In this document: positions 1 through 14,855 of the stretch, piece after piece
Position numbering within the stretch: position 1 is the first letter of the stretch
How the letters are laid out: each line of letters begins with the position of its first letter
Origin: the human T2T-CHM13v2.0 reference genome, Homo sapiens
Assembly: GCF_009914755.1 (NCBI RefSeq)
Contig: NC_060929.1
Reading direction: 5' to 3' (one strand)
DNA length: 64,000 bases
Notes under the pieces: model-generated
Seen by the model: only the letters and a program-made list of their open reading frames with translations
What the model was told of the DNA's origin: nothing
Database searches by the model: none
Position numbers and translations under genes: made by a program

Positions 1-291
<291 letters not shown>

Positions 292-1195
292 CTTTTTTTT
301 CCCTCTAGAATGTCACTTACATAGAAGAGGCATATCCTTTTTAATGTGTATTCTATCTGCAGTGATGGGGACAGATGTTCCTTGCTCTATTTTTCCTCTC
401 AGTAGCTTTCAAACCTGGCCGTGCAACAGACTCATCTACAGATTTTTTTTTAAAGTCTGTTTTTATCAAAGCAATACAAGTGAAATGACATCTTCATTTA
501 TAACACTAAAAAGCAGCTCCCAGCCCTAATCACTGTACTCTTCAGTCCCCATCACCATCTGATAGTTGAACTCTACTCTTAACACTGGTGTTTACCCTTT
601 CTACCATGAAGCGTGCTCACAATACTCTTTCTTGGTTTTTCAATATTGGAAATTATCTGCTGACTTCCTACTATGGAAGAAGAGGACTTAGCTACCTCAC
701 ATTACTTCCACTCAGTTTCCCTTATCCTTGTCCTATAATATTATAGAAAAGACAGTATTATAATTTTTTAGTTAATCAATTTTTGTGCTTAGATTAAGAT
801 AATTATGCAATAAATTTTAATACTAAGCTACATGAAATACTATGATTACATTTATAAATATAAAGTTTGTTTTTAAAATAATTTTTTCCTCCTGTGGTTA
901 ATAATTGCTCTATTTTCCATTTGTTTCATCTCTTTTATGCCTACCCATAAGTCATCTATAAATTTGGTCAGAATGGGACTACATCTCTTCATGTGATGAA
1001 ATACATCAGAAACTCTATTGACCCCACTGTTTTTTCTCCTGGAGACATCAGTTCCAGAGATATCCATTCTCTTGCTTCAATCTACACTGGCTGCCTTTTA
1101 GGCCTGTGATACAACTATTATCCTAGAAATTTCTTTTGATATCATCCTGGATATTCCTCTTTCCTTTCTCCAATGTTGACTCCATGTCTTCCTCT

Positions 1196-1843
1196 TCTTC
1201 CTGGACCAAGCTGAGGGTCGGGCTGCTATTTCTTGTGGCCCAATAATGAGATGCAAATGAACGGGGAGGAAGAGAGGTTTTATTTCTGCATTTGGTTACA
1301 GGGAGAAGGCCTGGAAGTTATCGCCAGACCAACTTAAAATTACAAAGTTTTCCTGAGCTTATATACCTTCTAAGCTATATGTCTACGTGTAAGTGTGCAT
1401 TCATCTAAAGACATCAGTGATTAACTTCTTTTAATCTATAACTAAGGTCTGAGTCCTGATGACCTTTCTCTGGAGCCTCAGTAAATTTTCTTAATGTAAA
1501 TGGGTCCAGGTACTGGGGTGACTACCCTTATCTTGTCTCCTGCTAAATCATGGAGGTTTGGGGAGTTCCTTCAGACCCCCAATAAACTTGTTTGTGGAAG
1601 CCTGGGGAGTTTCTTCAGATCTCCAATAAAACTTATTTAATCCTAAATGGGTCCTGTTAAGAATTTTGTTATTTTTGTCATGTTCTAAGGCCCAGGAAAG
1701 GCCTAGGCAAAACTCTTGGTGGGCTTTTCTTACATTTCAGCCTTTGTATAAGGGCACTGGCTTTTAATATTTAACTTAACCACTCAGTCAGTACTGAAAC
1801 AGTTGTTATAGAGGCCTATGCTAGTCAGACCTGTCCTGCCACA
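1196..1843 (-). mobile_element. ERV1-class solo LTR (LTR26-like; subfamily uncertain) inside old L1-like sequence
   Basis: Minus strand begins TGTGGCAGGACAGGTCTGACTAGCATAGGCCTC...AACAACTGTTTCAGTACTGACTGAGTGGTTAAG; ~650 bp; family assignment from recall. Confidence 0.6.
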
Positions 1844-1844
1844 A

Positions 1845-3040
1845 TCTCTCTTATTTTAAGCCCTCTTTTTGGTGGAAAACACCCTTAAGTACCTTCATGA
1901 GAAAAGATTTCATAGAAATAAAACTTTTTGAGATCTTGCATGTCTGAAAATACTTTTATTCTACAATTAGACTTCATTGATTGTTGGTTTTATTGGGAAT
2001 TCTGGATTGTAAATGATCTCTCCTTGGAATTTAGGATATTGCTCAATTTTCTTCTAGTTTTCAGTATCATTGTTAAGAAGTCCAATGCCTTTCTCTGTTC
2101 TCATGTCTGTTCTTTTGTCTGCATTCTGTTATTTTATCTGAAGCATTTAGGGAATTTAAAAAATCTCAGCTGTTCTGACATTTTAGGATTAAGTGCTTTT
2201 GTGTGAGTCTTTTTCATTATTTTGCAAGCCATTCATCAGATCCTTTTCAATCTGGAAACTCAGGTCCTTCAGTACTGGGGAAATGTCTTTCTTTGCTAAT
2301 TTTGCCCCCTCTCCCCGTCTCCTTTTTTCTTTCTATAGATTAGATGTTTGATCTCCTGAATTGATCCTACATTTTTTTCCTCATATTTTTCAACTGCTTG
2401 TCTTTTTGTTTTTATTTTGAGACTTCTCAATTTCATTTCATCATCTGCTATTGAATTTTAATTTGTTTTTTAACTTTTCAAAGTTCGTTTCTCTCTCTGA
2501 ATTTTTCTTTAGAAAAATAGCCTCCTGTTTTCATTTCTTTAAGGATTGGCAGACCTTATTTTTGACGTGATTAGGCAGGGAATCTGTCCATTTTGGAAAA
2601 TCCCCCCGCCCCCACACCCTCAGTACTCACTAGTTATAAAAATACTTTTCCTCAGGCAAGTCAATTTCCCTAAAAAGGAATCCTCTAAGGTCTTCTCTGA
2701 GGGACAGGAACCTGAATACAGTCATTATGGGAGCTTGGAGGATAAGTCTCACAGTTTAGTATGTAGACTTTCATGTATTCCCTTTACCCCAATGTGCAGT
2801 AGGCACTTTTCTCCTAGGTAATATTCAGCTGTCTCTGTATCTTCAAGATCTGAGCTTCTCTAATGACTCCAAGGAGTAAACCTTGTTGTCTCTGGATTGT
2901 GGTAGAGTAGTGTTTTAACCTAGCTGCTTGGTGGGGGAAGTGATCTTGATGGGGCAAGTAGGGTCTCCCTACTCCTTTTACAGACTGTCAAGCAATCCTG
3001 TTGTTTACAGCCTCTTTTCTCAACCATGCCCCCTCAGAGA
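1845..3040 (-). mobile_element. Degenerate old L1 (L1M-type) fragment
   Basis: T-rich + strand with L1M-like motifs (gatcttgcatgtctgaaaatacttttattcta; ttgttaagaagtccaatgcc). Confidence 0.45.
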
Positions 3041-3057
3041 TCCCTAGGCCTGGACCT

Positions 3058-3215
3058 AGGCACTTTGGGAGGCCAAGAGAGGTGGATCACTTGAGGTCAG
3101 GAGTTTGAAACTAGCCTGGCCAACTTGGTGAAACCCCGTTTCTAATAAAAATACAAAAATTAGCTGAGTGTGGTGGCACATGCCTGTAATCCCAGCTGTT
3201 CAGGAGGCTGAGGCA
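3058..3215 (+). mobile_element. Partial Alu
   Basis: cactttgggaggccaag...ggatcacttgaggtcaggagtttg...aaaaatacaaaaattagctg. Confidence 0.85.
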
Positions 3216-3545
3216 CCTGGACCTGTGTTTATGTTATATCAAGGATTTTCAGGACAGAGCAGAGATAAATGCCTGAGTTCAACACACCATGTTGAATAAT
3301 TCACTGGTCTCATGCCAAACATACAGACTTTCCTGAACTTTTTTGCCTTTCCAAGTGAGAATCTTTGGGAGTTAATCTGGGAGTCTATTTTTGAAAAGAT
3401 CCTCAGGTGATTCTGATAATATCACACATATAAATTCATTATTACAGCACTGTTACACAGGCACACACATTTTTCAGTTAACTCTGAAGCCATAATGAAC
3501 CAGGGATAAGGGGATGAGGAAAAGGACAGGTCAATTCTGAGAAAA

Positions 3546-3838
<293 letters not shown>

Positions 3839-5494
3839 ATCTGAGAAAAGGATGGCTTAAAAAGGGACAGGCCTTTAGTGATCCAGGGGCATTTTGGAGA
3901 AGGCATGTCTTGATTACGAATGTTGGTGGATTTCTTAATGGAGAGCAGGTCAGGGAAGCAGGAGAACCAATATTAATTAGAGTACTAGGATGGCCACCCG
4001 CTGGCTGGGAAAGATGGTTGGGAGATGGTGTTAATACATTTGACATCTAGTTTGAAGACAGAATGGATGTTTTCTTCCTTCAAGTCTACTTCATTTTCTT
4101 TTCTTCCCTCCCCCTCCAACTACTCTGCTATTTTCCTAACACAGATTCAAAAAATAAAGGAAATGATTAAGCCATTTTGAAAATTTGAAATTTGGAAAGC
4201 CAAAACAGTCCTAAAGAAAATTTCACACAAATGTGACCTCTAGGAACAGTATTCATTCAAGAGAACAATTTTCAAAAAGAAAAAAATATATATCCACTGA
4301 AAACAAACACTGCAGCATGTATAGAATAAGGATAGATATGGTTTCCATATTGCATACCTCATCATGATCTCTATTTTAGGAGCAGTATGTGTGTATGGTT
4401 AGTTATGAATTGTGGATAGGTATGAATTGTGGATTAGAAAGCAGAGAGTCACAAATCAAAGGAGTTGGCAGAAAAGAGACACAGATGAAGAAAAGGAGGG
4501 AGGGGTAAGTATTGGAACTACTGAACTAAGATGGCACACAACCAAGATTCCTCTTGCAGTCTATACTTTTAAACAGGAAAAAAGGGAGGTGGAGAGATGG
4601 GGTGAGGCATGGATGGTGCTAATCAAAAAAAGTAAAAAACTTTTCAATCATTTTTTATTACCCACCTAGGTTTGATGTCCACATTATTATTTTCATTGTC
4701 CAGTAAGTAATGCTATTAGAACAGACAAAGTTTGGTATTTGAGAACATGGAATATATACTAAGGTGACACACAGTGTTTATTAAATGTGTTGCAATGCAA
4801 TGTGATAATTCCAACAGAGGAAAAAAATGTGAAACTGGATTTGCTATATATTTTTGTATGCTTCAAAAATGCAGCATAGATTTTTGCCACATTCATTTAC
4901 TTCAAGTATATTCTTTCACAACTGCATTTCCTAGCACAATGACTGGCATATGGTAGACAGCTTTTAAGGTTTTGGAATGAATAGGTGAGAACTCAGAGAA
5001 CAATTGTAGATATGGAAAGATTCTTGCTGATTTTTCTAGATTTGGGTTCCTTAACACAAACACACATGTTGTGTATCAAACAGCTCTATTTCTACCATAT
5101 CTTTATTGAAAGCTACTTTCTGCAAATATGTAATAACGTATTCACCAACCACATCTTTCTACATTTTGATTCCCTTTGTATAAATGGAGAAATTCTAAGG
5201 TTCTTGGGAAAGGTATTCAGTCATGAAGCAGTCTCCAAAGTTGTATTTTGGCCTTACCTAACCAAATTTTCATTCATTTCATTCTTATTGACATTACATA
5301 TACTATAACATTTGATGTTCACAGAAAATTAACTTCTATTTTAAGAAGTTTACTCACAGAACCACAGTTTGTGCATTTAACAATCACTATGAAATACATA
5401 TGAAACATTAACCATCATTTTAGAGAACAATTTAAAAACTCCGAAGTAACTACTTTCCTTAACTTTGTCATCCCAACATTCTGGGTATAGGCAT

Positions 5495-6190
5495 TGTTGG
5501 AAAAATATAATTAAAAACCAAAATCTCCCAACCCAGAAATCCTCTCCACAAACGTTAGTAGACAAAACACTTTTATTACTGAATAAGCATTAAACGAGAC
5601 TGTGATACACATCACAGGCAATTTGCTAAGAGATTGCAAAGACAGAAATCTTGCCCTTTTGTATAGCCAAGTATATACGACCCATTACATACACGTTTTC
5701 AAGTTGAACAATAACTAGTCCTCAAGTAAGAGGACCTGACATTTGTGACATTAACTTTACTTAATAATTGGGGTGACCATCTGTGTTAGTTAATTGGTTT
5801 TATCCAGAGGAAAAACAAACTTCTCCTGTCTTTATGACGGAAGGTAGTTTTGCAACACGGAGCAAGTTGCTCACCGAAGTTACGCTCCTACTCTCTCACA
5901 GAAACTGGGAGATAGGGAAGGATGCTACTCCGTTGATATGTGCAGCATTTCAAAAAAAAAAAAAAAAAAAAGGTCCAGAGACATTCCTGACTGAGCATAC
6001 AGTTGACAAGACCTATCTAGTCCTCAAGTGGATTTATACACATTTCAAAGAGTTGAGAAAGTACTTAACAATTAAGAAAGTACTTAAGTTTTCTAAGACA
6101 AATGCTCGGAGAGAAAGGGACGGGAAATCTCATCCTCCATTTTCAATAGGGAGAATTAAGCCTCTTATTTAAAATTTTTATGTTGGTTTT
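5495..6190 (-). mobile_element. ERV1-class LTR remnant (MER39/MER34-like)
   Basis: Motifs tttcaatagggagaattaagcctcttattt and gatttatacacatttcaaagag resemble the reverse of recalled MER39-family 5' ends. Confidence 0.45.
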
Positions 6191-6459
6191 TGTTTATTTA
6201 GCTTTAAAACAGTAGACTTAAAAAAAGTCCAACTTAAGATTTATGTTTTTTTATGTGTAGGGCTGTTCTCTACGGTTAAATAAATAACCCTGCTTAGAGA
6301 AAATATTCACCACTCTTCTTTGGCTCCTATGTAACTCAGTTTTTGAGAGGGAGGGGAAATACCGGATTGACGCTATGTGGTTCAACCAATGCAAAAGATA
6401 ACACCGCCTTAAAAAGTCTACTACAGGAACATGGGAGGGTCACACCCTCGAATAATGAC

Positions 6460-6617
6460 GCATACCTATCCTACTGTTACTGATCACCTAGTAATAATCT
6501 TGTAGTTCACATTACTCATTTTTCACCAAATTCTTTTGGTGAAGGACGCTTCAGAAACGGCCATCACTGAAGAGCAGACCCGTTTGGGTTCTCCACGCAT
6601 TCTAGACTCCCGAAGAG
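6460..6617 (+). other. FER: FER non-coding first exon (upstream exon 1a); 5' boundary approximate
   Basis: Ends GAAGAG|GTAAGA (strong donor at 6618). Sequence gaaggacgcttcagaaacggccatcactgaagagcagacccg...cccgaagag matches my recollection of the FER mRNA 5' UTR joined to the 26708 exon. Confidence 0.75.
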
Positions 6618-6899
6618 GTAAGAATTTATTATAGGGGGCCACTCCCAGGACCTGCTGTATGCTTTTAAACATCCATTACAATTCCAGCATTGAGTTTCTA
6701 ACATTTTTAGGCAGGCTCAGGCACTGGGAGTACAGGATTGAAAGACAGTTCCCGTCCTTAAGGGACTCAGAGTAAACTGGAGTTGCTGAAAACCATTCTA
6801 AAGCAATCCACGTTAATAACAGATACAAGTAAAACGTGGGAACGTACAGGAAAAAGTGACCAATTCTGAGGCTGAAAAGTGCCTATTTTAGGGGTGGGG

Positions 6900-8200
6900 G
6901 CCTCGCGGCCCTAAAGCAGCTTCCCTTCCCGGAGATTTCAGCTCCAGGGATCGCCCAGCGCCCTCCGGGCACACTTAACATTTTAATCACGCCTCCGCCC
7001 CCACTCTCCGAATTCCTTTCCGGCTGCCGACCCGCCGAGTAGTCCCTTCCAGGCGGCCTCAGCTTATCATCGCCGGTCCGGCCACTTCCCGGCCGCGGCC
7101 AGGCGAGCCTCCCCAAGTTTCCTGTGAGGCCTTCGTCCGTCTCCGGCCCCATCTCACCACGGCAGCCCAGGACACCCGCTAGGGAGGAGCAGGTTACCGA
7201 GGCGGGGAGAGCGGCACAAACGCGCAGACCTCGGGACTCCACCCGGGCTGGTGAGCGAGCCCAGAAAGCGGCGACCGCAGCTCCGCGTCTCCACTCCCAG
7301 GGCCCGCAGCTTGGGCTAAGCGTGCGCCCACCCAGCCTAGGGCCCAAGTCCTGCCCCTTCGGGGACCGGGCCAATCGGCCGCTCCCCGCCTCCTGGGAGG
7401 TAGTGGAGGAGGGGGCTGAGGGCCGGGCGGCTGCGCCCGCCTTCCGCTCTTGCCCATTGGCTGAGGCCTCGAGGGTGCCCGGAGACCGGAGTGCAGCGGG
7501 ATTGGTTGCAGAGGTTCGTGACAGTGGCGCCTATTGGCTGTGGCAGCCCCCGTGACGCGGGGTGGTGACTGGCTCCGGAGTCTGAGGGGTTCGGGCTTGT
7601 CAGGTTCTAGGTAGGTGCGTTTCGCGCCGCCGGCGGTAGGCGCTGTTGCCCGGGGCAACGCGGGGGGAGGGGGGAAGAGGAGGGAAGGCAAGCCTAGAGC
7701 GGGGGCAACAATGCCTGCCCGCAGAGGGGCGCCCGGGATTCGGCCAGGGCGTTGGGGGCTGTGCCGAGGCTCTTCCTCCGCCCTCAGCCAGCGCCCCCCC
7801 CAACCCCCGTCCCTGGCTGCAGGGTCATCCGCTCATCCTCCCGCCCGCAGCAGAGCATTCCTGGTTGGGGCTTGGGCCGGGCTACACACCCAGCCCCACG
7901 AGGGCCGCCCCTCCCACCATCCCGGGACCCGAAGGCTGAGGGGGCGGGTGCCGGCGCGAAAGGGCTGTGGCGGGCGTAGTGGCTCCGCCCCGTCGCGGGG
8001 TCTGGGGGCTGATGGGCGTGAGGCGGGGTGGTGGGGGGACTGTGGGCACCGCCCAATCTTGCCTGTACCCGCACCCCTTTTCTCGGCGGCACTCATCTGG
8101 GCGCCGCCGTCCCGCTACGGGGGCATTCTCAACCCCTGGTATTCCCCCCATCCCTTCCTGCTTCTGGAGCCCCGCAGTCTCCCTTGACCCGCTCGGTCCT
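6900..8200. promoter_or_regulatory. FER: CpG island / FER promoter region
   Basis: Abrupt GC- and CpG-rich block in an AT-rich background; GC boxes, CCAAT/ATTGG boxes at 7371, 7456, 7501, 7533 and 8053, TGACG at 7553. Confidence 0.92.
7540..7610 (+). other. FER: Probable alternative FER first exon (exon 1b) in the CpG island; start approximate
   Basis: Lies downstream of the CCAAT cluster; ends CTAG|GTAGGTGCGT with donor GT at 7611 (or 7615). Confidence 0.5.
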
Positions 8201-9512
8201 CCCCAGCTCTCCTCCTATCTGTCACCTTCTCCCGCTTTTATCCCCCACCTCATCTTTCTCCTCCGGTCTTGGCCAGAGGTGTCCTCCAAGAGTCTAATCA
8301 AGAGATAGATCTTAAGTGTGAAGCTAGTGGTGTCGTCGGTAATTTCTGCTCTGTGGTCTCTTTGCCAGTTAGAATTGGGGAGATGTTTGGAGGCACCTTC
8401 AGGGGTCATCCTTCTGCCTTACAGTTACCCCTAGGATCTACTTTCTGAATACGCTCATTGGGTTGTGTTGGTAGGGGCAAGGTACTTCTTAAACAAATTG
8501 AGGATTGTACTATGAGGTGGGCACTTTGTACGTTTGCGATTTTGCCATCCACTGTAGTGCAATTCAAAATCTAATAATTTGTTACGGCTGGTAGCCTTAC
8601 ATTTTTTTCCTTCGCCTTATGGTTAAAAAAAGAGCAGCTTTTTAACCTTTTTAATTCAGAAGTTGCGTATATTAATGGTTGTCTCACTATCACTTTGACA
8701 TAAACTGCTGTAAAGGTGTACTCCATTTTCCTTTTCTCCAGATATGTTAAGATAATAAATTTCTCAGATGAGGTTACCATATATAAAAGTGTAGTGGAAC
8801 ATCAATAAGAGAATAGATCAAAACTATTTTAGTGATTAAAGATTAGAAAATACTTTTCAATTCATATGTGGAATGAGAATAGGATAAAAAAAAAAAAACT
8901 ATTGCAAAATCTTTAGTGCAGTATTTGTAGTCCTGGTATATATACCTGTGTTGCCCTTAAGAAGACATTTGTGAGTAGCTCCAGGTTTGTCAGTCGGGAA
9001 AGCAGAGTGTATCTTTTTGTAGTCCAGGAAAGCTTTTCTGCTAGTACTTTTGAGCCAAGAGAATTATGCTTCCAAAGATGCTGGGAATATATTAAGAGAG
9101 TACATAGGCATACTTCTGTTTTCATCTTTGAAAGACCTTTAGTGAAGATCTGTTTCTCTTCTGCATTGATTGTTGACAGCATTAAATATACATAATCTAA
9201 AACTATGTAGTGTCAAGTTGTTGCAGCTTCTGCGCTGCTTCAAAGGTTGATGTCTTTAGTTCAGAAGAAATAATTCAAGCTTTGGTAGACAAATCATTTA
9301 CATTTCATCTTCGATGTAGATATTACTGTAACTCTGGACCGTGAACATTTCAAATTTGCCAGTTTTTTCTCAACTATTTTACTATGAAAAATTTCAAACA
9401 ATGCAGAAGAGTCGAGTTGAACCCACCACCTATATATTTAGCAATAACGATTTCAAGACCACTGTTACACAGTAAACATTAAGGAATAGAGGAACTGAAA
9501 TGATCAAGCTTA

Positions 9513-9845
<333 letters not shown>

Positions 9846-11544
9846 AAAAGCCCAGCATATGTATATACATGTATATGTAGTATACATGTATATACACACC
9901 ACCAAATTATAAGGTGCTTATTTTTGTTTGTGAGTGGGAATTGTACTTACTAAAACTATACTAACTTAATTACATGAGACTATTCAAAGCAATCTTGTGA
10001 GTGAGGTAGGAAGTCATCATCTTTGTAATCAAGGCCCAAATAAGTAAACTGCATTTTGGTAATCAGACAAAAGGAAATCTGATGAACTTGTTATACAAAA
10101 AAACGTTTTGCTTCAAAATTGGACTCCTGTGTAAATAGATTATAGTTTTGTACTTGATTTATAAATAAACATCTTTTGGAGGGAAGTCCAAGGGACTATC
10201 AATTATGTAAAATTTTGGTAACTTGATAAATTGGGTCAATCTTATGTCTGTTCATTTGGAATAAGAATGTATTTTTGTAATGGAAAAAGCTTACAAAGGT
10301 GAACTTTTTTTAGTAGAACTGCTTCATGGAGACTGACGTAATTAGAGAAATTTAAGTCAGTATTTCGATAGGACTCAACGATCTTGGGTGTTGTCTCATG
10401 GTTCTGAGGAATATTTTGATATAAAACTTCAATTTATAGTAAAGGAATAAGTGGAAATGGGTATAAATTCACACATTTGTATATTTGTAATTTTTCTATA
10501 CCCGAGAAATTTGTGTACACCTTTTTAAGTATTTGAATCTTGCTTTTTAGTTTTTGCATACCCTAAATCTGTTTTTCATACTTACCTCGTTCATATAGTA
10601 ATTTCTTAAATATTAAGGGCTATGTCTCAGAATTTATAGATCTCTGGATTGCTTTATTACTATTTTTCCAAATTTCATTTGTCTTTGGTATGCTTATGTA
10701 TGGTTAACCTATCATGCTATTGAGAGACTGAAGGAAACAATTAGGTCACAGTTTTAGAACTTTAGTTGTAGATTCAGTGAACTCAGAAACAATTGGATTT
10801 TTTAAAATCAAGGCTCCAATTTTCCCTTCCCTCCCTTCCTCCTTCCCTTTTTTTACTCCTTTTCTTTCTTATTTTTGTTTGATTATAAATGTTAAATGCC
10901 TTACAATCAATTCAGAAAACTATAGAGAAGAAAATGAAGTCACTCATCATTCTACCATAATGATTTGAAAACTAACAAACTTTGATTTCTTCTGTAACAC
11001 TCTACCAATTATTGAGATTTTATGGTTTTCATTTCAGTGTATCTGCATTCACATCAAAATTTGTAAGAGTTCCTGAACTTGAGGCTGTTACCTTAAATTA
11101 GAAGAGGGCTCCTAGATCTGGGGGAAAAATGGAAAAGAATAAATAGAGGACAGATTAGAGTCAGAACAGAGGAATTAGACCCAAGCAGTTACTGTTTCTT
11201 ATTCTGTAAGTATAAATATTTTAGTTTACCATATAAAACTGCTGTATGGCTGACAAAATATGAGGCCATATTTTTTCTTTGGAATTCAAAGTATCTAGGT
11301 AAAACAAAGTTTTCTTGGTTCTTTTCAAGAAATAGTTCAGATTTCTTCATTTTTGGAGGACATTACATAATTCAGCTTTAAAAATTTAATGTCATGCATG
11401 TTTGGAATTATTTTAAAAATATTCATATCAGACAATTACTAATTTTTATTCATCATCACCATTCATTATAAACTTGATATTGTCACTTTTTTTAGTAGGT
11501 ATTAAAAGACTGGACATTTTATGTAGGTTTTCCTTGCTAGGTTT

Positions 11545-11750
11545 CAAAGTGTAGTGAAAAGAGGAGCCATTTATTTTAGAGTCAGATAATCGGGTTTTAG
11601 TTCCAGTTTCTGTTCTGTGGGATCTTGGACAAGTTATTTTATCTCTTTAAGTCATAATTTTCTCATCTATTCAATAGGGATAGTAAAATTGCTTCACTAG
11701 CTTGTTACATAGAAGAAATGAGACAATGTAGGTAAGATTTAGGAAGTATT
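11545..11750 (+). mobile_element. MIR
   Basis: gtgtagtgaaaag...tttagagtcaga...tgtgggatcttggacaagttattttatctcttt...tttctcatctat...gggatagtaa core. Confidence 0.65.
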
Positions 11751-12746
11751 AAACTGACTTTAGGAAGTATTCAGCTTCTGTATTCAGTTCTTTATGTGAT
11801 AACATTGATTTTATCTCTCCTTGTATTAATGTGTTTATTATACCATCCACAAAGTCCTTGTTTCAGACATAAGAAATTAAAATATAATTAAATTTACTTA
11901 AATTTAAATTTACAATAAATTTACTTAAGTTGAATGACATTTGCATTTATACAAATAAATAGTTAGAAATATCTCAGATTAGCTGTTCTTTTTATAAATC
12001 TTAGCTTATTGTATCTCAGCAGGGATAATTATAAATTTACTTTAAATGATTTTTAACTCCAAAATATCTCCAGTTTGTCTGGATTCCTGATTTATTTTTC
12101 TTTTTCCCTAGATGATCATGTGTTTTTGGATGGTTGCCCTAAATTCCTTTCATTTAAACCACAGGTATTAGCTACACGTTACTGTCTTAAATCTCTAACT
12201 AGTGCCCCCGCAAACACATTTTCTCAATCTGTTTAAAATTTAAACTTCATTTTTAAATTTAATAATACCCTTATTTGTATATTAGTTGTGGCTTTTCCAC
12301 CTCCTACTGAAACGTATGATTATTTTTTAAGGAGCAGTATTTTACAGATATCCCTGTTTCAGATTGTGTGTTCTGTAAATACAGGGTTCTAATTCTTAAA
12401 GAACATACAGTTTAAATGGGCAGACCAGCCTATGGTTATTCTGTGTAGAGAAGCAAGCACTGAACTGACTTAGCAGTTGAACTAGAGTCCATATGGTCTC
12501 ATCCAGCAGTAAAACAGATTTTTGTGATCCAAGTCAGTTTTCTTATATTTTTTCCCGTCCAGGTACAAGATATTTACATGTATGACATATTCCACTGTGC
12601 AGTTTTCTAGCATGCGAGCTCTAATTCAGTCTCTCTCCTATTCAAGAAAGCATATTAGAATGCAGATGATTGAGAGTGACATCATTATGGGTATAAACTT
12701 GAATCTACTCTGATTTATTGGAGAAAGTGAGTCATTAAAAAATGTG

Positions 12747-13046
12747 GGCTGGGTGCAGTGGCTCATGCCTGTAATCACAGTATTTTGGGAGGCTGAAACG
12801 AGAGGATCACTTGAGCCTAGAAGTTTGAGAGCAGCCTGGGTAACATAACGAGACGGCACTCTACAAAAAAGTTAAAAAATTAGCCCGATATGATGGCATG
12901 TGCTTGTACTACTACTAAGGTGGCTAAGGCAGGAGGATTCCTTGAGCCCAGGAGTTCAATACTGCATTGAGCTATGATTGCAGCACTGTGCTTCGGCCTG
13001 GGCAACAGAGTGAGTCCCTGTCTCAAAAAAAAAAAAAAAAAAAAAA
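12747..13046 (+). mobile_element. AluJ
   Basis: gaggatcacttgagcctagaagtttgag; gagctatgattgcagcactg; A-tail. Confidence 0.93.
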
Positions 13047-14086
13047 TAGTGTGTAAGTATTGTTAGTAACAAGTACTGAAGACATACCTTACAATTCTGT
13101 AAGGGACCCAAGTTATTTCCACATTTTCCTGAAGTGAATGCCCCTTTAGTTTTTCTTATCATTCTTATAATGCTACATAAGAAAATATTATTACACTAAT
13201 TTTATGTCATTAATAGAGACCTATATTTAAAAGTTAGAATAACTTAATGAACATGTAAAAATATTTAGGTAACAGTACCTCAGTCTGTATTGTGACTGGA
13301 ATAACACTAATTGTTGTACAAAAATTGAAATTAGTTTTCTAGTGTAAATCATTTTGCTTGCAAAAAGGCTATTTCTATATTGGGACTCATGGTTTTAAGA
13401 GAAGTGGAAACAGTACTAGAATTTTTATTTTCTAGGCACTTAGAATGTAAAAATGCTCTTTACATTGGCTCAGTCAGAAAAGTATCTTTGCATTACCATG
13501 AATAGAGCTTAATTTTAAATCACTCATCCTATGTGGAAGTACCACGTATAATATACAGTTCCAAGTGAAGACTTAGTAGACCTTTGATATTTGCAAGTGG
13601 TATTTCCTGAAACCTTTGTGAATCTAGGATATAACCACCTCCATAAAATGCAGTCAAATTTAATGGAAAAGTTTAAGTGATCCCTTCAGACCCGTACAAT
13701 CCGGTAAGGAGGACTCGAGTCATTAAAGCTATTAATTTTTTTGCTTCTGAAATGAAGACTAGACAACTTTGCATTACATTATTTGTATACAGGCAAGGTT
13801 CTTATTCTTGCCCCTTGTATCCTATAGTTTGCAGAATAAAAGAGCATTTCTGGCTTAATCACAAAGCTTGCTGCGTTGTCACAAGGTTTAGTCCTTGGTC
13901 GCTGTAATGCTTTTCTGTATGCTTCTGTTTCTTGGATGTTTTCTCCTTGGAGTTGAACACTTCTGTAGTATGTGTCCTTTCTCTGGATGTCTTCAGCTTG
14001 GGAGACTTTCCCAAGCTTCCGTGGATTGATGGGGCTCCCTTGTTAATTTCACATTCTACAAAGAAAAGTGCATTTGACTCTTCTAG

Positions 14087-14855
<769 letters not shown>

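Noticed and set aside
6883-8308. Many overlapping 65-190 aa ORFs on both strands
   Set aside because: Stop-codon scarcity in a GC-rich CpG island; Pro/Arg/Gly/Ala-rich with no recognisable domain
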